A DNA stretch of 64,000 nt, taken from contig NW_024704742.1 of NCBI RefSeq assembly GCF_018977255.1, positions 104,410,001-104,474,000 of the forward strand, read 5' to 3'. This DNA is from Callorhinchus milii. Lineage: Eukaryota. The notes below the pieces were generated by a model. It worked only from the letters and a program-made list of their open reading frames with translations. It was not told the origin of the DNA and did no database searches. This document shows, piece by piece, positions 25,300 through 39,099 of the stretch; within the stretch, counting starts at the first letter, position 1, and the number at the start of each line of letters is the position of its first letter. Position numbers and translations under genes: made by a program.

Positions 25300-28200
25300 C
25301 TAAGTGAGGTGGAACAGAATGAGAATTCTGTTAAGGAATTTGGTGAGAGTGGGAATTTGGTGCAGAGGGGGAAAGAGGTGCAGAATTATAAAATATATAA
25401 TATTTATATTAAAATAATATAAAACATGTCTAGGAATATGGCAGAGCAGCTGAGACCAGTTGCATGCACAATGTATGCCATGTGGGAACTCCAGGATGCT
25501 TTGTGTGACCTGGACAAACACATGTGTAGGAAGTGCCTCCAGCTACTCGAGCTTGAGCTCAGAGTTTCTGAGCTCAAAGAGAGGCTGATGTCACTACATA
25601 GCACCCGGGAGGCTGAAGAGTTCATGGATCGAAAGTTTCAGGAGGTGGTCACCCTTCAACCACAGAGGGTTCAGAAGGAGAGTGAGTGGGTGACCACCTG
25701 GCATGATAGAAAGAAATCCCCTGAGATTGTGGCACTCACAAACTGGTTCTCTGTACTGAATACCGGTCAAGGTGATGACACCTATGGGGAGGGGAGTCAG
25801 AAGCAAATGGATGCACAGGGGGACACAGGGAAGATTGTCAATGCAATTGTCATTGGGGACACAATGGTGAAAGGTGTAAACAGGCGTTTCTGCAACCAAA
25901 GGTATGACTCTTGCAACTCTTCCTCGTGCCAAAGTCGAAGACATCACAGAACGGGTGCAAAATGTTCTACAGGGGGAAGGGAAACATCCAGAAGTCGTGG
26001 TACATTGGATCCATGATGTAGGCAAAAAAAGGGATAAGATCCTACAGGGAGAGTATCAGAAGCTAGGAAAAAAGCTAAAGAGTAGGACCTCAAAGGTGGT
26101 GATCTCTGGATTACTCCTAGTGCCTTGTGCAAGTGAGTATCAAAACAGCAGGATCAAACACGTGAATGCATGGCTGGAGAAATGGTGCAAAAAGGAGGGC
26201 TTCAGGTTCCTGGATCATTGGGACGAGTTCTGGGCAGGAATGGGAGCTGAATATTCCTGGCTACAATGTATTTAGGTGGAATATGGAAGGAAAAGAAGGA
26301 AGGAAGTGTGTGTGGGGGTTGGTGGGGGTGTGTGATGGTAGTATTGATTAAGGACACAATACGGCTCTGGAAAGGGACGATGTGCGAGAGGGTCCAAAAA
26401 CAGGATCTGTTTGGTTAGAGTTAAGGAGCACAAAAGGAGCTGTTACTCTGTTAGGTGTATACTTTCGACCACCAAATAGTGGGAAGAAGATAGGCAAGCA
26501 AACCTGCGAGCAGATTTCAGAAAGATGAAACACCAATAAAGTAGTGATAATGGGAGATTTCAATTATCTTAACATAATCTGGCAAAATAACAGTGTAAAG
26601 GGCAAGGAGGGAAAAAGGATTCCTGAAATGTGTGCAGGATAACTTTCTGGATCAGTATGTTTCCATGCCAACGAGGAAGGAAGCAGCACTGGATCTAGTT
26701 CTGGGGAATGAAATGGTGCAAGTGGAGCAGGTTTCAGTAGGAGAGCATCTGGACAACAGTGATCACAACATCATTAGGTTTAGAGTACTTATGGAAAGGA
26801 GGTGAAGATACTCAACTGGAAGAGGACTAATTTCAGTGAGTTAAATAGGGACCAAGCCAAGGTGGACTGGAAAAAATGATTGGCAGGTAAAATAACTAAA
26901 GATCAACGGAGGAGATAGTTCGGGGACAGAACAAATACATTCCCACAAAGGCATCCAAACTTCCCTGGATGAATAAGGAAATTGGGATTAAAATAATAAG
27001 AATAATAATCCTTGCATTTGATATAGTGCTTTTCACATCTTCTCGACGTCTCAAAGCGCTTCACAGAATAGACTGTAAAGTGAATTGACCGTATATTCGT
27101 GGGTGAAATAAAACAGAAAAAGGAAACTTATGATAAATGTCAGGTCCAAAATATAGAAGATAATCAAATAGAATATAGAAAGTACAGAGGAGAACTGAAA
27201 AAGGAAATAAGAGGTGCAAAAAGATTGTATGAGAAAAGATTAGTGGGTAACATAAAAGGGTACCCTAAGGTATTTTATAAGCATATAAAGAATAAAAGGT
27301 TAGTCAAAGGTAGGGTGGGTCCAATTAGGGACCAAAGAGGAAATCTTCTTGTGGAGGCAGAGGGCATGGCTGACGTACTGAATGAGTACTTTGCATCTGT
27401 CTTCACAAAGGAAAAGGATGCAGCCAATGCCACAGTATTGTAGGAGAGGGTAGAGAAATTGGATAAGATAAGAATAAACGGAGAGGAGGTACTAAAAAGG
27501 TTGTCGGTGCTCAAGGTAAATAAGTCACCTGGTCTAGGTTACTGAGGGAAATAAGGGTGGAAATAACGGAGGCTTTGGCCACAATCTTTCAATCCTCCTT
27601 GGACACCGGAGTGCTGCCAGAGGACTGGAGGTTTGCAAATGTTACTCCCCTATACAAAAAGGGGCAGAAGGATAAACCTGAGAGCTACAGGCCAATCAGC
27701 CTAATGTCAGTAGTGGGGAACTTCTAGAGACTATAATCTGGGACAAAATAAATTTTCACTTAGCATAATATGGGTTAATAACGGACAGCCAACACAGATT
27801 TATTAAAGGCAAATCATGTATAACAAACCTAATAGAGTTTTTGATGAAGTAACGGACAGGGAGGGTGAAGGTAGTGCAGTTGATATAGTTCATATGGATT
27901 TTCAAAAGGCGTTTCATAAAGGGCCACATAAGAAACTTGTCAGTAAAATAGAAGCCAACGATACTAAAGGGACAGTGGCAGCATGGATACAGACTGGCTG
28001 GAAGACAGAAAGCAGAGAGTAGTGGTAAACAATTGTTTTTCTGACTGGAGGGAAGTATTCAGTGGTGTTTCTCAGGGATCAGTATTGGGACCACTGCTGT
28101 TTTTGATCTATATAAATGACCTGGACTTGGGTATAGGGAGTACAATTTCCAAGTTTGCAGATGATACTAAGCTAGGAAAAGTAGTAAATAGTGAGGAGGA

Positions 28201-28863
28201 TAGTAGCAGACTACAAATGGACATAGACAGACTGGTAAAATGGGCAGACATGTGGCAGATGAAGTTTAATGTGGAGAAAAGCGAAGTGATGCATTTTGAG
28301 AGGAAGAATGAGGAGAGGCAACATAAGCTGATGGTACAATCTTAAAAAGGGTGAAGGAACAGAGATAACTGGGGTTCATATAAGTAAATCTTTGAAGGTG
28401 GCAGGACAGGTAGATAAAGCTGTTAAAAAGCATCCGGGATACTAGGGTTTATAAATAGGGCTATAGAATATAAAAGTCAGGAAGTTATGATAAATCTTTA
28501 TAAAACACTGGTTAGGCCTCAGCTACAGTACTGTGTTCAGTTCTGGGCACCACAATTTTGGAAGGATGTCAAGGGATTGGAGAAGGAGCAAAGGAGATTT
28601 ACCAGGATGGTACCAGGAATGAGGGACTTCAGTTATCAAGAGAGGCTAGAGAAGCTAGGATTATTCTCCTTGGGTGGTGGAAGCCAATTCGATAACAGCT
28701 TTTAAGAGAGAAGTAGATAATTATTTGGGGAGGGCAAGTCTGCAGGGCTATGGGGAGAAAGCGGGGGAGTGGGATTGAATTGGATAGCTCTTTCCAAAGA
28801 GTCGGCACAGACATGATGGACCGAATGGCCTCCTTCTGTGCTGCATAATTCTATGATTCTATG
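25300..28863 (+). mobile_element. Degenerate near full-length CR1 LINE with internal deletions
   Basis: ORF1 Cys motif, leucine zipper and esterase remnants at 25426-26230; ORF2 remnants (QGSVLGP, FADD); 3' (ATTCTATG)n tail. A SINE tail is inserted at ~26992-27105. Confidence 0.9.
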
Positions 28864-29469
28864 GATTTACAATTTAGATTTATTTATAAAACTGCAACTT
28901 ACATTTATATTGTGCTCTTCATGTAGGGTAATACCTCGGATCACTTGAAAAGAATAGGATTGGATATCGAGCAAGGGAGAGGAGCAAGAGAGGTAGGTTT
29001 CAAGGCAGGCCTTAAAAACTGGTTGGGGTCAGGGGGAGGGGGGCTAGAAAGAGGGCGTTCCATTACATTTGGTTGCTGTTTGAAACCTTTTGGAGAGACT
29101 CTTTACCCAACTTTTGAAAGGGAACAGAAACAAAATAGGCAATTACAAAATTGAAGATTCTCCCATGAGCACAGAACATTGAAAAGGCACACACAATTCT
29201 TCCCTCATCTTCTCAATTTAAATAAAAGTACCGTCATCTTTTTATCAGTGAATTAGATTTTTTTGCTGCCACTTTTTTTGGGGAACAAAGATAAATAAAA
29301 ATATGACTGGATTGAGGCACAACTCATGAAAGGAGCAAATAGATTTTTCAGAAGACAAAAAAAATCCTGCAGGATGACGTTGTTTAATATATCGTTAGCT
29401 CCTGTTCATTCTTTTTCATTAGGGCTTTAAATTCTTGCTTGCTTAGTTTTTTTCTTACTGTTATGATAT

Positions 29470-30168
29470 AATAATAATAATCCTTGCATTTGATGTAGCG
29501 CCTTATCACGTCTTCAACACGTCTCAAAGCGCTCCACAGGATATACAGTAAAGTGAATTGACTGTATATTTTGTGACGAAACGTGGCTGCCAATTGTGCA
29601 TAGCAGTGTCCCACAAACAGTTGTGATTACTGAGTGACCAAATTATTAAATCTTTTTGGAAGGAATTATTACCCCGGAAAAGCGATCTGCCAATCAACTA
29701 AAAACCGGGTTCCTACTTACTGCTAGGTAAACGGGTATGTAGAGTAAGGAAAATTTGCTTAAGGTGTTGCTCCGCCCGGGAATCGAACCCTGGTTGTCTC
29801 GCTTGCGAGGCGAGTACTCCTGACGTGAAAGGCGCTATACAAATGTAATATAATAATAATAATCCTTGCATTTGATATAGCGCTTTTCACATCTTCTCGA
29901 CACCTCAAAGCGCTTCACAGAATAGACTGTAAAGTGAATTGACCATATATTTGTGGGCGAAACGCGGCAGCCAATTGTGCACAGCAGTGTCCCACAAATA
30001 GTCATGGATTGAAAATGACCAAATTATTATTATTTTTTTATTTTGGAAGGATTATTATTAGGCGTGTGGAGTAAGGAAACTTGCCCAAGGTTTCGACCTG
30101 CCTGGAATTGAACCCAGGTGTCTCACTTGCAAGGCGAGTGCTCTAACCGCTGAGCTACAGGACTCCAC
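29470..30168 (-). mobile_element. Two SINE copies (long form 29470-29820, short form ~29852-30168)
   Basis: Reverse-complement matches to the family, separated by an L2 tail remnant. Confidence 0.88.
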
Positions 30169-30234
30169 TAAGCTACAAAATGTAATTTTGTTTGTTTGTT
30201 TATCTAATCAATACACTACAAGATTCCATAAAAA

Positions 30235-31010
30235 ATGTCTGTCAGACATGAAGTCCTGGATGAGAGCTAACTTTCTTCAGTTGAACGTCAACAAGATCGA
30301 GGCTCTCCTGATTGGCTCCCGTCAGCGCCTCCACACCTCAGGCACTGGCAGCATCACCATCCATGGTTGCACACTCCACCTTGCTAAGCCCGGCCAGAAC
30401 TTTGGGGTCTTATTTGATACTTAACTTTCCACCCCACATCCGTACCATGACCCACTCTGCCTTTTCCCACCTCCGCAATATCACCTCCCTCCACAGGCTG
30501 CAGATCATCCAGAACTCTGCATCCTGTATCCTCTCCCGCACCAGGCTCTGTATACCTATCACCCCCCATCCTCACCCAATTCCACTGGCTTCCAATCACA
30601 CAGAGGATACAGTTCAAGATGGTCCTCACCTTCAAAGCCCTCCATGGCCTTTCTTCCCCCCTACCTCTGCGACTTCCTAACCCCCTACCAATCTGCCCGC
30701 TCCCTCTGCTCAGCAGGCTCTGGCCTGCTTCACGTCCCTCACCTTGCCTTCCCCCATTGGCAGGCGGGCCTTCTGCCACTCTGCCCTTATCCTCTGGAAC
30801 TCCATCCCGCAGTCTCTCCCGCTTCACCCCCTCCCTTGCCACTATCAAGACCCATCTCAAGACCCTCCACTTCGACTGTGCTTTCGATCACCCTTCTTCG
30901 CCCCTGCCCTCCACCCTCCACAATCCTGACCCCCAGCTCGAGTCCGAAACACTGACTTTCCATCGCCTTGGGACGTCCTCCTGATGTGAAAGGCTCTATA
31001 CATATATAAT
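30235..31010 (+). mobile_element. L2 3' fragment
   Basis: CLSDMKSWMRANFLQLN and stem-loop tail near 30965-31000. Confidence 0.9.
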
Positions 31011-31699
31011 TTTTTTGTGGTTGTTTTTGTTCTTGAATAAACTTTGTAAACCTTCAATTTTTTTTGTTAATGTGTCTTTGTATTCTCTTGTTGATTCATT
31101 TTGGAGCAGTTTGAGTTAATTTGTCTCCCCCGTACTTGGCTATGTCCTTGTCCTGAATATTTTCCATAATGATTTTAAAGAATGTTCGTTTATCCCCAAA
31201 TGATTTTTCTTTTAGTAATGCCTTCCAGGCTATGCCACATAGTTCAGCCTTCATAACTCTGACGTTTCTAAGGTTGCACTATGATGGTTTATGTTTTGTG
31301 CCGTTCTCTTCAAATTAAATGTTATTGAGTTGTGGACACCCTCACTTTGAATGGTAACTGATCCTTGTAGGCTTCTTAACACAATGTATCTTCAGGCAAA
31401 ACTATTTGAAAAAATTAGTGGGGGGGTTGTGTGGTAGGTTGGAGAGGGGTTGTTACCCATGGCATATTTATTGAGGACATCCATCTCTAACAGCGCAATA
31501 TCCAACAATATGTTAATTATCATAACAACAAGTTTGCTTTCATCTTTCCACAATCACAACACTTTACAGTATATCCTGTGAAGTGCTTTGACACATCCTC
31601 CTAATGTGATAAGCATTATATTAAATGCTAGAATTATTATAATTATTTATTGATGTCTTGGAGTACTTAACAATGACTGGGTCAGACATCAGGCAAGGG

Positions 31700-32060
31700 G
31701 AAAGGGAACTATAGACACGATGAAAAAGGCATGTTTAAAAACAATTAGAGAGGGGACGAGACAGAGGGATAGAGGGAGTAAGTTACAGAGGTTACGGGTG
31801 TGTTAGTTGAAGCCTCGACAATTAATGGTAGTAGGGAAATGGCAAAGACTGCAACAGACTGAATAAGCCGAATGGTGGGGGCCTGCAAAGGCATGAAGTA
31901 GGAGAGGATCACAGAGATATTGAGGTGGTGGAATGTGAAATGATTTATAGGTGAATGGACAACCTTGAAGTTGATCCGTCGTGTGACAGCGAGCCAGTGA
32001 AGCCTGGTGAGGATTGGGGTGATGGACATGTGGGCACATGAAATTGGGTAAGCTGGGGTT
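31700..32060 (-). mobile_element. Old L2 fragment
   Basis: ITPILTRLHWLAV..INFK. Confidence 0.7.
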
Positions 32061-34779
32061 GTCCCACCAGAGAGAGAGAGAGAGATACAGAGTGCAGACT
32101 CTGAACCAGACACAGGGAAAATCCCAAATGCAGGTGGCATACATTAATTCTTAATCAAGTTTGGATACTTATAAGAATGGTGATGGGTTTCTACATGTGT
32201 CAGCCACCCAGCTGACCAAAACAAGGTATCTTTGAGATAACTTATTTTTACCTTCCACTATTAAAATACTTAACATTACAATAAATACTTAACCTAAAAG
32301 TATCAGTTCAGGAGTATATTTCTTGATTTTTGTGTCTTGTTAATTAAATTTACACCTTTTTAATTTTACTCTGATGAAACTTCCACTTTAATGTTTTCAC
32401 TCAGGCTGAGCTACAGTCCAAATCAGACTACACTTTAAACACTGCCAGGTTTTATCAGTAATGCAGTAGAAAACACAGATTCTGATTTGATTTGAAAAAT
32501 GCAATGCAGGCAGTTTTTTTTAATATACAGTACCACATTGGATAGTCAGTAATGGGCCTGGCATCATAATAATAATAATCCTCGAATTTGATATAGTGCC
32601 TCCTCACATTGTTGAGATGGCTCAAAGCGCTTCACAGAATAAACTGTAAAGTGACTGTATATTTTGTGGGCAAAATCTTATAACATGAGTGAAACAAATG
32701 AGAACATATTGTGTCCCTACCCGATGCTTTTCCCTTAATAAGCCCTCTGCATGTTCACCTGATAAAAGATTACAAAGAACATATGATTACTCATTCTTCC
32801 TCATTCATCATTTTTGGCAGAGTGGCACTAAAGAATATTTGAAGGACTTCATCCTACAGCAGAAAAAAAGTGAGCAAATCCTCATCATTCAATCCTCCTC
32901 CTTCTCCTGGCAGTCATCCCAACACCCACATGATCCTTAGACCATAAATTATGGCTTCATTTATCTTTTTATATTCCAATGTGAATTTTTGCTCTAAAGA
33001 GCCATTGCATATTTCAGCAGAAGTGTTATGATACATCTGAGCGAGTAAAAAGGCAGTAATGAAAACCCAATCAAACAAAACAGAGGAGCCAAGGTTGTAA
33101 AACAGAAAACGCCAGGAGAAAGCAAAGTATAATAGACTGAGTTTCAGAGAGATTCAACACATAGGATACCGCAGGGCAATGTTATTGCAGCAGCTTTCCA
33201 GATATTTTTAATCAATAAGTGACAATATTGTTTGGGTTACAGAAGTGTGACTGCATTGCAGAATCATCAGAATATCAAATGTATCTACTGTCCAACAGCT
33301 TTCATTCCCTTTCCTTTCCCTAATAGTGATGAACAATTTTAAAACAAAGTAGAGATTTGAAATTTCTCATGATCTTAGCCTTAGGTTTTTTTTAAATTTA
33401 AGATCATGCAACATTTTAAAGAATTTACAAAGATTCACAAATAATAACATAATAATAAACCTTGTATTTGATATAGCAAGGATTACGTTGATAGGTTTCA
33501 AAGCGGGACCCCTCCTTGGACCTGAACTGACTCCAACGTGATATGTTTGGCAACGGAACATCAGAATTGAGCCAACTCTCTGTGGCAGTCTCGATAGTTA
33601 ATTTCCTGAGCCAGAAGGATCTACAGTATTCCAGGGCACTGCCGATGACAGCACAGCCAGTCTGGCTCATTGGCATGACATGGAAGGGCAAACCAGTCAC
33701 TGGGCGGAGACTACCCAATCAACTCCTGTTAAATCACGCAAGCCAAAGCCCTAACGGGTAGAGTGGTCTTAGCCAGACAAGCAGTGGGAAAGCTGGTCAG
33801 ACAGTGATATCAACGGCAAGCTGTGTGGACACTCTGGGATCCCCAACCTTTGTCAACCTGTGCCTAATATGCTCTGGGAACTGTATAAGCAGGGTTCATC
33901 CCTGGGAGAGTGTGCATTCCATTATAATAAATATCTGTGGAATTTCCATGAATCATAGAATAACAGTGCAACTCTTAGTTTGGATACTCAAGAATAGTGA
34001 TGTGTTTCCACATGTGTCAGACACCCAGCTGAAGAAAAAGAATTGTATCCTGCAATATTTGGCACATTGCAGATTGGAATTTTTTTCATTTCTCTGTCTC
34101 CTTGTCCACATCACTGTTGCCAATATAAAGCATGCGGCAAGGCAACACATTTATTTAGACTAAACCCAGATAAAGGGCATATTGTAAGAACATTTTATTA
34201 GACCTAATTTTCTGAGACTCAGTGACGGTTGAGAAAGTGGACTGGAAAAGCAAAGAGAGAAATGAAAGGACAAAATCCAACTCTACCGTCTCAAAGATGC
34301 AGAATAGACAAAATTATGTCTGTTGAGTGAAAGGAAACTTAAGTTAATTGGAAAAATACACTATTGTGCTCTCCACGATATAATTTTTTAAAAAAGTGGA
34401 CTGACTATATTTTGTGGGCAAAACTCAAACTCTACCATATGATTGTAGGAATTAATAATAATATTAATAATTCTTGCATTTGATATAGTGCCTTATCATG
34501 CTGTTGAGACCTCTCAAATCGCTTCACAAAATATGCTGTATACTATGTGGGCAAAACCTGCAGCCAATTGTGCATAGCAGTGTCCCACAAAGAACCATAG
34601 ATTGAGTAACAATTTTTTTAAAAAAAGGGATTATTACACCAATAGACTAAATTAACCAGTTTCCCTGCACTGCCTGTGTATCTTTCAATGAATGAAAAGT
34701 TGACAGGATTGTTGGATGAGACAGCAATGCTCTTTTCAGTCAGTAAAAAGTAGAATAAAAATATGAGTAAAACCAAGTT

Positions 34780-35160
34780 TATAATCCTTACATTTGATAT
34801 AGTGCCTTTTCATGTCATTGAGATGTCTCAAAGTGCTTCACAGAATATGCTGCAAAGTGAATTGACTGTATTTTGTGGGCGAAACGCGGCAACCAATTGT
34901 TCACAGCAGTGTCCCACAAACAGTCATGGATTGAGTGACCAAATTATTATTATAAAATTTATTTATTTATTTTGAAGGGATTATACTCTTGGAAAAGTGA
35001 TCCACCAATCGACTAACAACTGAATTACAACTTACTATTAGGTAAACAGAGGTGTGCAGAGTAAGGAAACTTGCCCAATGTTTCGCCCAGCCCGGGAATC
35101 AAACCCAGGTCCTCTCACTTGTGAGGTGAGTGCTTTATCCACTGAGCTACAGGACTCCAT
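34780..35160 (-). mobile_element. tRNA-derived SINE, long subfamily
   Basis: Full head, internal segment and tail. Confidence 0.9.
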
Positions 35161-35889
35161 GACCTGTAGCTTAATATAAGCTACCTGCTACCTGTAACTT
35201 CACATCCCAATAAACTTTATGTGGGATCAACACATTCTAGAGGCATATAGTATACGTTCCAGAATTGGTATCTTGTGGTATATGCTGAAACAACATCACT
35301 CTTTGCACTCTTTTTGTGTCAAAAAGAGCAATGTGATTAGTAGTATACTTACATTTCAATTTCCCAAACACAATGAGGGACTAAATTGCGAACAATTCAA
35401 ATTGGTACAGTACCACCAGACTTCCTATAGGGTTGGCCTGACATACTTCCAAAATACTGAAAAGTGTTGCTATTTATAACTCAGTCATGAAGACTCCTGT
35501 TAGGAATTATTGCTCTTTAGACCCCAATATCAGGGTTTTACCTACATTTGATTTTACTTAAAGGCACAGGACTCACTTTAAAAACACATACGAAAAAGAC
35601 AGACTGCATTGTTGCTGTGCTCGTCCACAAAATACACAGTCGGTGTACTTTATGGTAAATCCTGTGAACTGTTTTGAAGCATCCTCCTGCCCTGAAGCTC
35701 ATTGCAGTAAACCCCCGGCTTACTGGACTCTGGGTATCTGGAATTTTAACCTTCTGGGCCCGAATGCTAAATGTTAAAAACATTTCCGTGGGGCAAAAAT
35801 ATTAGAATTTAATGGCATGGACTCGAAGGGAAGAGGAAAAAGAAAGAGTGTTGCCTCATCTTAAGAATTCCAACACAAACTGAAAACGT

Positions 35890-36260
35890 TAATAATAATA
35901 ATATTCTTTGCATTTGATATAGTGTCTTATCACATCTTTGAGACATCTCAAAGCGCTTCACTTTTAGGTTCACAGAATATACTGTAAAGTAAATTGATTG
36001 TATATTTTGTGGGCAAAATGCGGCAGCCAATTGTCACAGCAGTGTCCCACAAATAGTCGTGGATTGAGTGATCAATTTATTATTATTTTTTCTGGAAGGT
36101 ATTACCCCCAGAAAAGTGATCTGCCAATCGACTAACAACCGGGTTCCTACTTACTGCAAGGTTAACAGAGGTGGTTGGAGTATGGAAACTTGCCCAACAT
36201 TTTGCCGTGCCAGGTCTCTCACTTGTAAGGCAAGTGCTCTAAACAATGAGCTTCAAGACA
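35890..36260 (-). mobile_element. tRNA-derived SINE, long subfamily
   Basis: Family match. Confidence 0.85.
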
Positions 36261-37689
36261 TTCTTGAGAAAAGGACAATGGAGAGGAAATAAGTTCCACT
36301 GAGAAGAATTTCTACATAAATTAGTTCTGCAGGTTCTTATGAATGTTTAGAAAGAAAAGTGTAAAGGACAATAATAGAGAACATTTATATTTTATCAATT
36401 TTATTGTAATCTGGGCTATAATAAATAAAAAAAGTAACTTTAATCTCCTTTGGCCGTATGAGTAAAATAACTTCCACCTGTCATCAGAAGATTTTGCAAC
36501 CATGTTGAAAATCTCATTAAAGGTTATGTTTCAAAATATAGGGGAGCCGTAGGGCCCAGTAAACTTGACATTAATAATTTGCTGCAGAGCTATCTTGAAT
36601 TTCTAACTCTGGCTGTTTGGCTCACTGCTTATTTTCACTGTGAATATGAAGCCTTATCATTGAACAATTGCAGCAAGGGCACTCTTCCCTTCTGTTGCTT
36701 CACAATTTTAAAGGACTCATGCCAATAAATTATGCAGATTGATATGTAGATCAGCACCATCAAATATAGATTTTTATCTCGACGATACGATAAGACACTG
36801 TAGCAAATGCAATAATTATTATGACACTCTTATCAGTCATTTTTTAAAAAATGATCTATGTGATATTAAATATTATATTACAATAATAATCCTTGCATTT
36901 GATATAGCACCTTATCATGTCTTCGAAACGTAACAAATGTTATAGGAATGGTCCATGTACATACTAGAGGACTTTATTTATTGACATGAAAATCAGGACT
37001 TCAGACCAGTTTCCAGAACAACCTGGAGGTGCTTGAACTGTGAATCGTGAGAACTGGCTGAGTACCCAAGAGGCAACTAGAACTAGCATTATTAAAGGTT
37101 GAGTGAAGTACTTTCAACTTAGAGTAAAATGTCACATATGTAACATTATCATTTAAGTGCCCTGGGACATCCTCCAGATATGAAGGCTATATAAAGCTGT
37201 ATGAAGCTACATAGCTTGATATAGCTATATGAAGCTAGCTATATAAATGTAAAGTTGTTATACATTATTATCATCCAAGGTGATAAATGTGACACATGGT
37301 GCGAAAATTATTACGGATGATTATCACATTGAGGAAAATGTAATAATTTTCACTTGTATGCTGGTGTGAACACAGCTCCAATTCGGTACTATAGTTTGGC
37401 TTGAAGCCCACAGAAAAACCACAATTGTGGGCGTTCGCCTACAAAATATAGTCACTCCACTTTACTGTACTCCACAGTAAATTCTTTGAAGCGCTTAAGA
37501 TGTTATTCCTAATGTGAAAGGTACTGTATGAAATGCAAGGATTATTATAATTACTTTTTTCAACCTCAAAATACAGTAGAACAAATTGGCTGCTTAGAAA
37601 TATATAGTTACTGCTCTTTACAGTAAAATCCTGTGAATCTCTCCAGGACATTTTTACAAATGATAAGATGCTATATCAAAAACAAGGAT

Positions 37690-38062
37690 TATATAATAAA
37701 TCCTTACATTTGATATAGTGCTTTTCATGTCTTCTAGATGTCTCAAAGTGCTTCACAGAATATACTGCAAAGTGAATTGACTGTATAGTTGTGGGCGATT
37801 CGCGGCAGCCATTTGCACACAGCAGCGTCCCACAAACAGTCGTGACCAAATTGAGTGACCAAATTATTATTAGTAGTTTTTGTTGAGGGATCATTATCTC
37901 AGGAAAAGCGATCCGCCAATCAACTAACAAACAGGTTCCTACTCACTGCTGGGTAAAAAGAAGCGCGTGGAATAAGCAAGCTTGGCCAACATTTCGCCCT
38001 GCCGGGAACAGAACCCAGTTCTCTCGAAAGTGAGTGCTCTAACCACTGAGCTACAGGACTTC
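37690..38062 (-). mobile_element. tRNA-derived SINE, long subfamily
   Basis: Family match. Confidence 0.88.
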
Positions 38063-38312
38063 ATTTTCGTACTTTCATTATATACTTTCCTTATAATGAT
38101 ATGCCACATGTGTGAAAACCATTATGTATTTTCGCACAATATATTGTTATATCAGTGACAAGGGTCAAATCTCTGGACTAGTAGTAGAAAAATCAGGGGA
38201 GATTTGGAAGGAATTTCTTCACTTAGAGGGTTTTGGGGGCCTAGAATTCCTTGCCACTGTCGCTATTGAGGATGAATCAATAACTTTGTTCAAAAGGGAA
38301 CTGGATAATTAA

Positions 38313-38620
38313 GTGGAGTCCTGTTGTATAGTGATTAGGGCTCTTGCCTTTCGACCGAGAGGACTAGGGTTTGATTCCTGGGCAGGACAAAATGTTGGGC
38401 GAGTTAGCTTACTTCAGACACTCTGTTTACGTAGCAGCAAGTAACAGCACAGTTGTTACTCAATTGGCGGATCGTTTTCCGGGGGTAATAATTTCTGTGA
38501 AAATAAATTTGGTCATTCAATCCATGACTGTTCGTGGGACACTGCTGTACGCAATTTGTGGGACACTGCTGTTCAGTGTAATAAGGTGCTAAATCAAATG
38601 CAAGGATTATTATTATTAAG
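38313..38620 (+). mobile_element. tRNA-derived SINE, long subfamily, diverged
   Basis: Head gtggagtcctg..., B box and tail. Confidence 0.8.
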
Positions 38621-39099
38621 TGAGCAATAAAAACATTAAAAGAAATGTGGAAAGAACAGAAAAGTGGAATTCATTTTTAAAAAAGGGTAAAAAGAATGAG
38701 TTAAAAGTTACCCCCAACTACATTATTACACTTCAAAAATGTGTGATTTAAAAATGGCGAGTGCTGCGTGCATCAGGCGAGCTGGAAGAGGAAGATTCTA
38801 CTAACCTGGAGAGAGATGCTCCACCTGCTGGTAGTTATAATAATAATAATATTCCTTGCATTTGATACAGCACCTTATCATGTCTTCGAGATATCTCGAA
38901 ACGCTTCACAGAATATACTCTAAAGTGAATTGACTCTATATTTTGTGGGCGAAATGCAGCAGCCAATTGCACACTATTATTGAGGGACCAAATTATTCTT
39001 TTTTTAATTTTATTTTTGAAGAGATTATTACCCCCAGAAAAGCGATTTGCTAATCCACGAACAACCGGGTGAGTAGAAGAATGGGGTACAACACAATAC

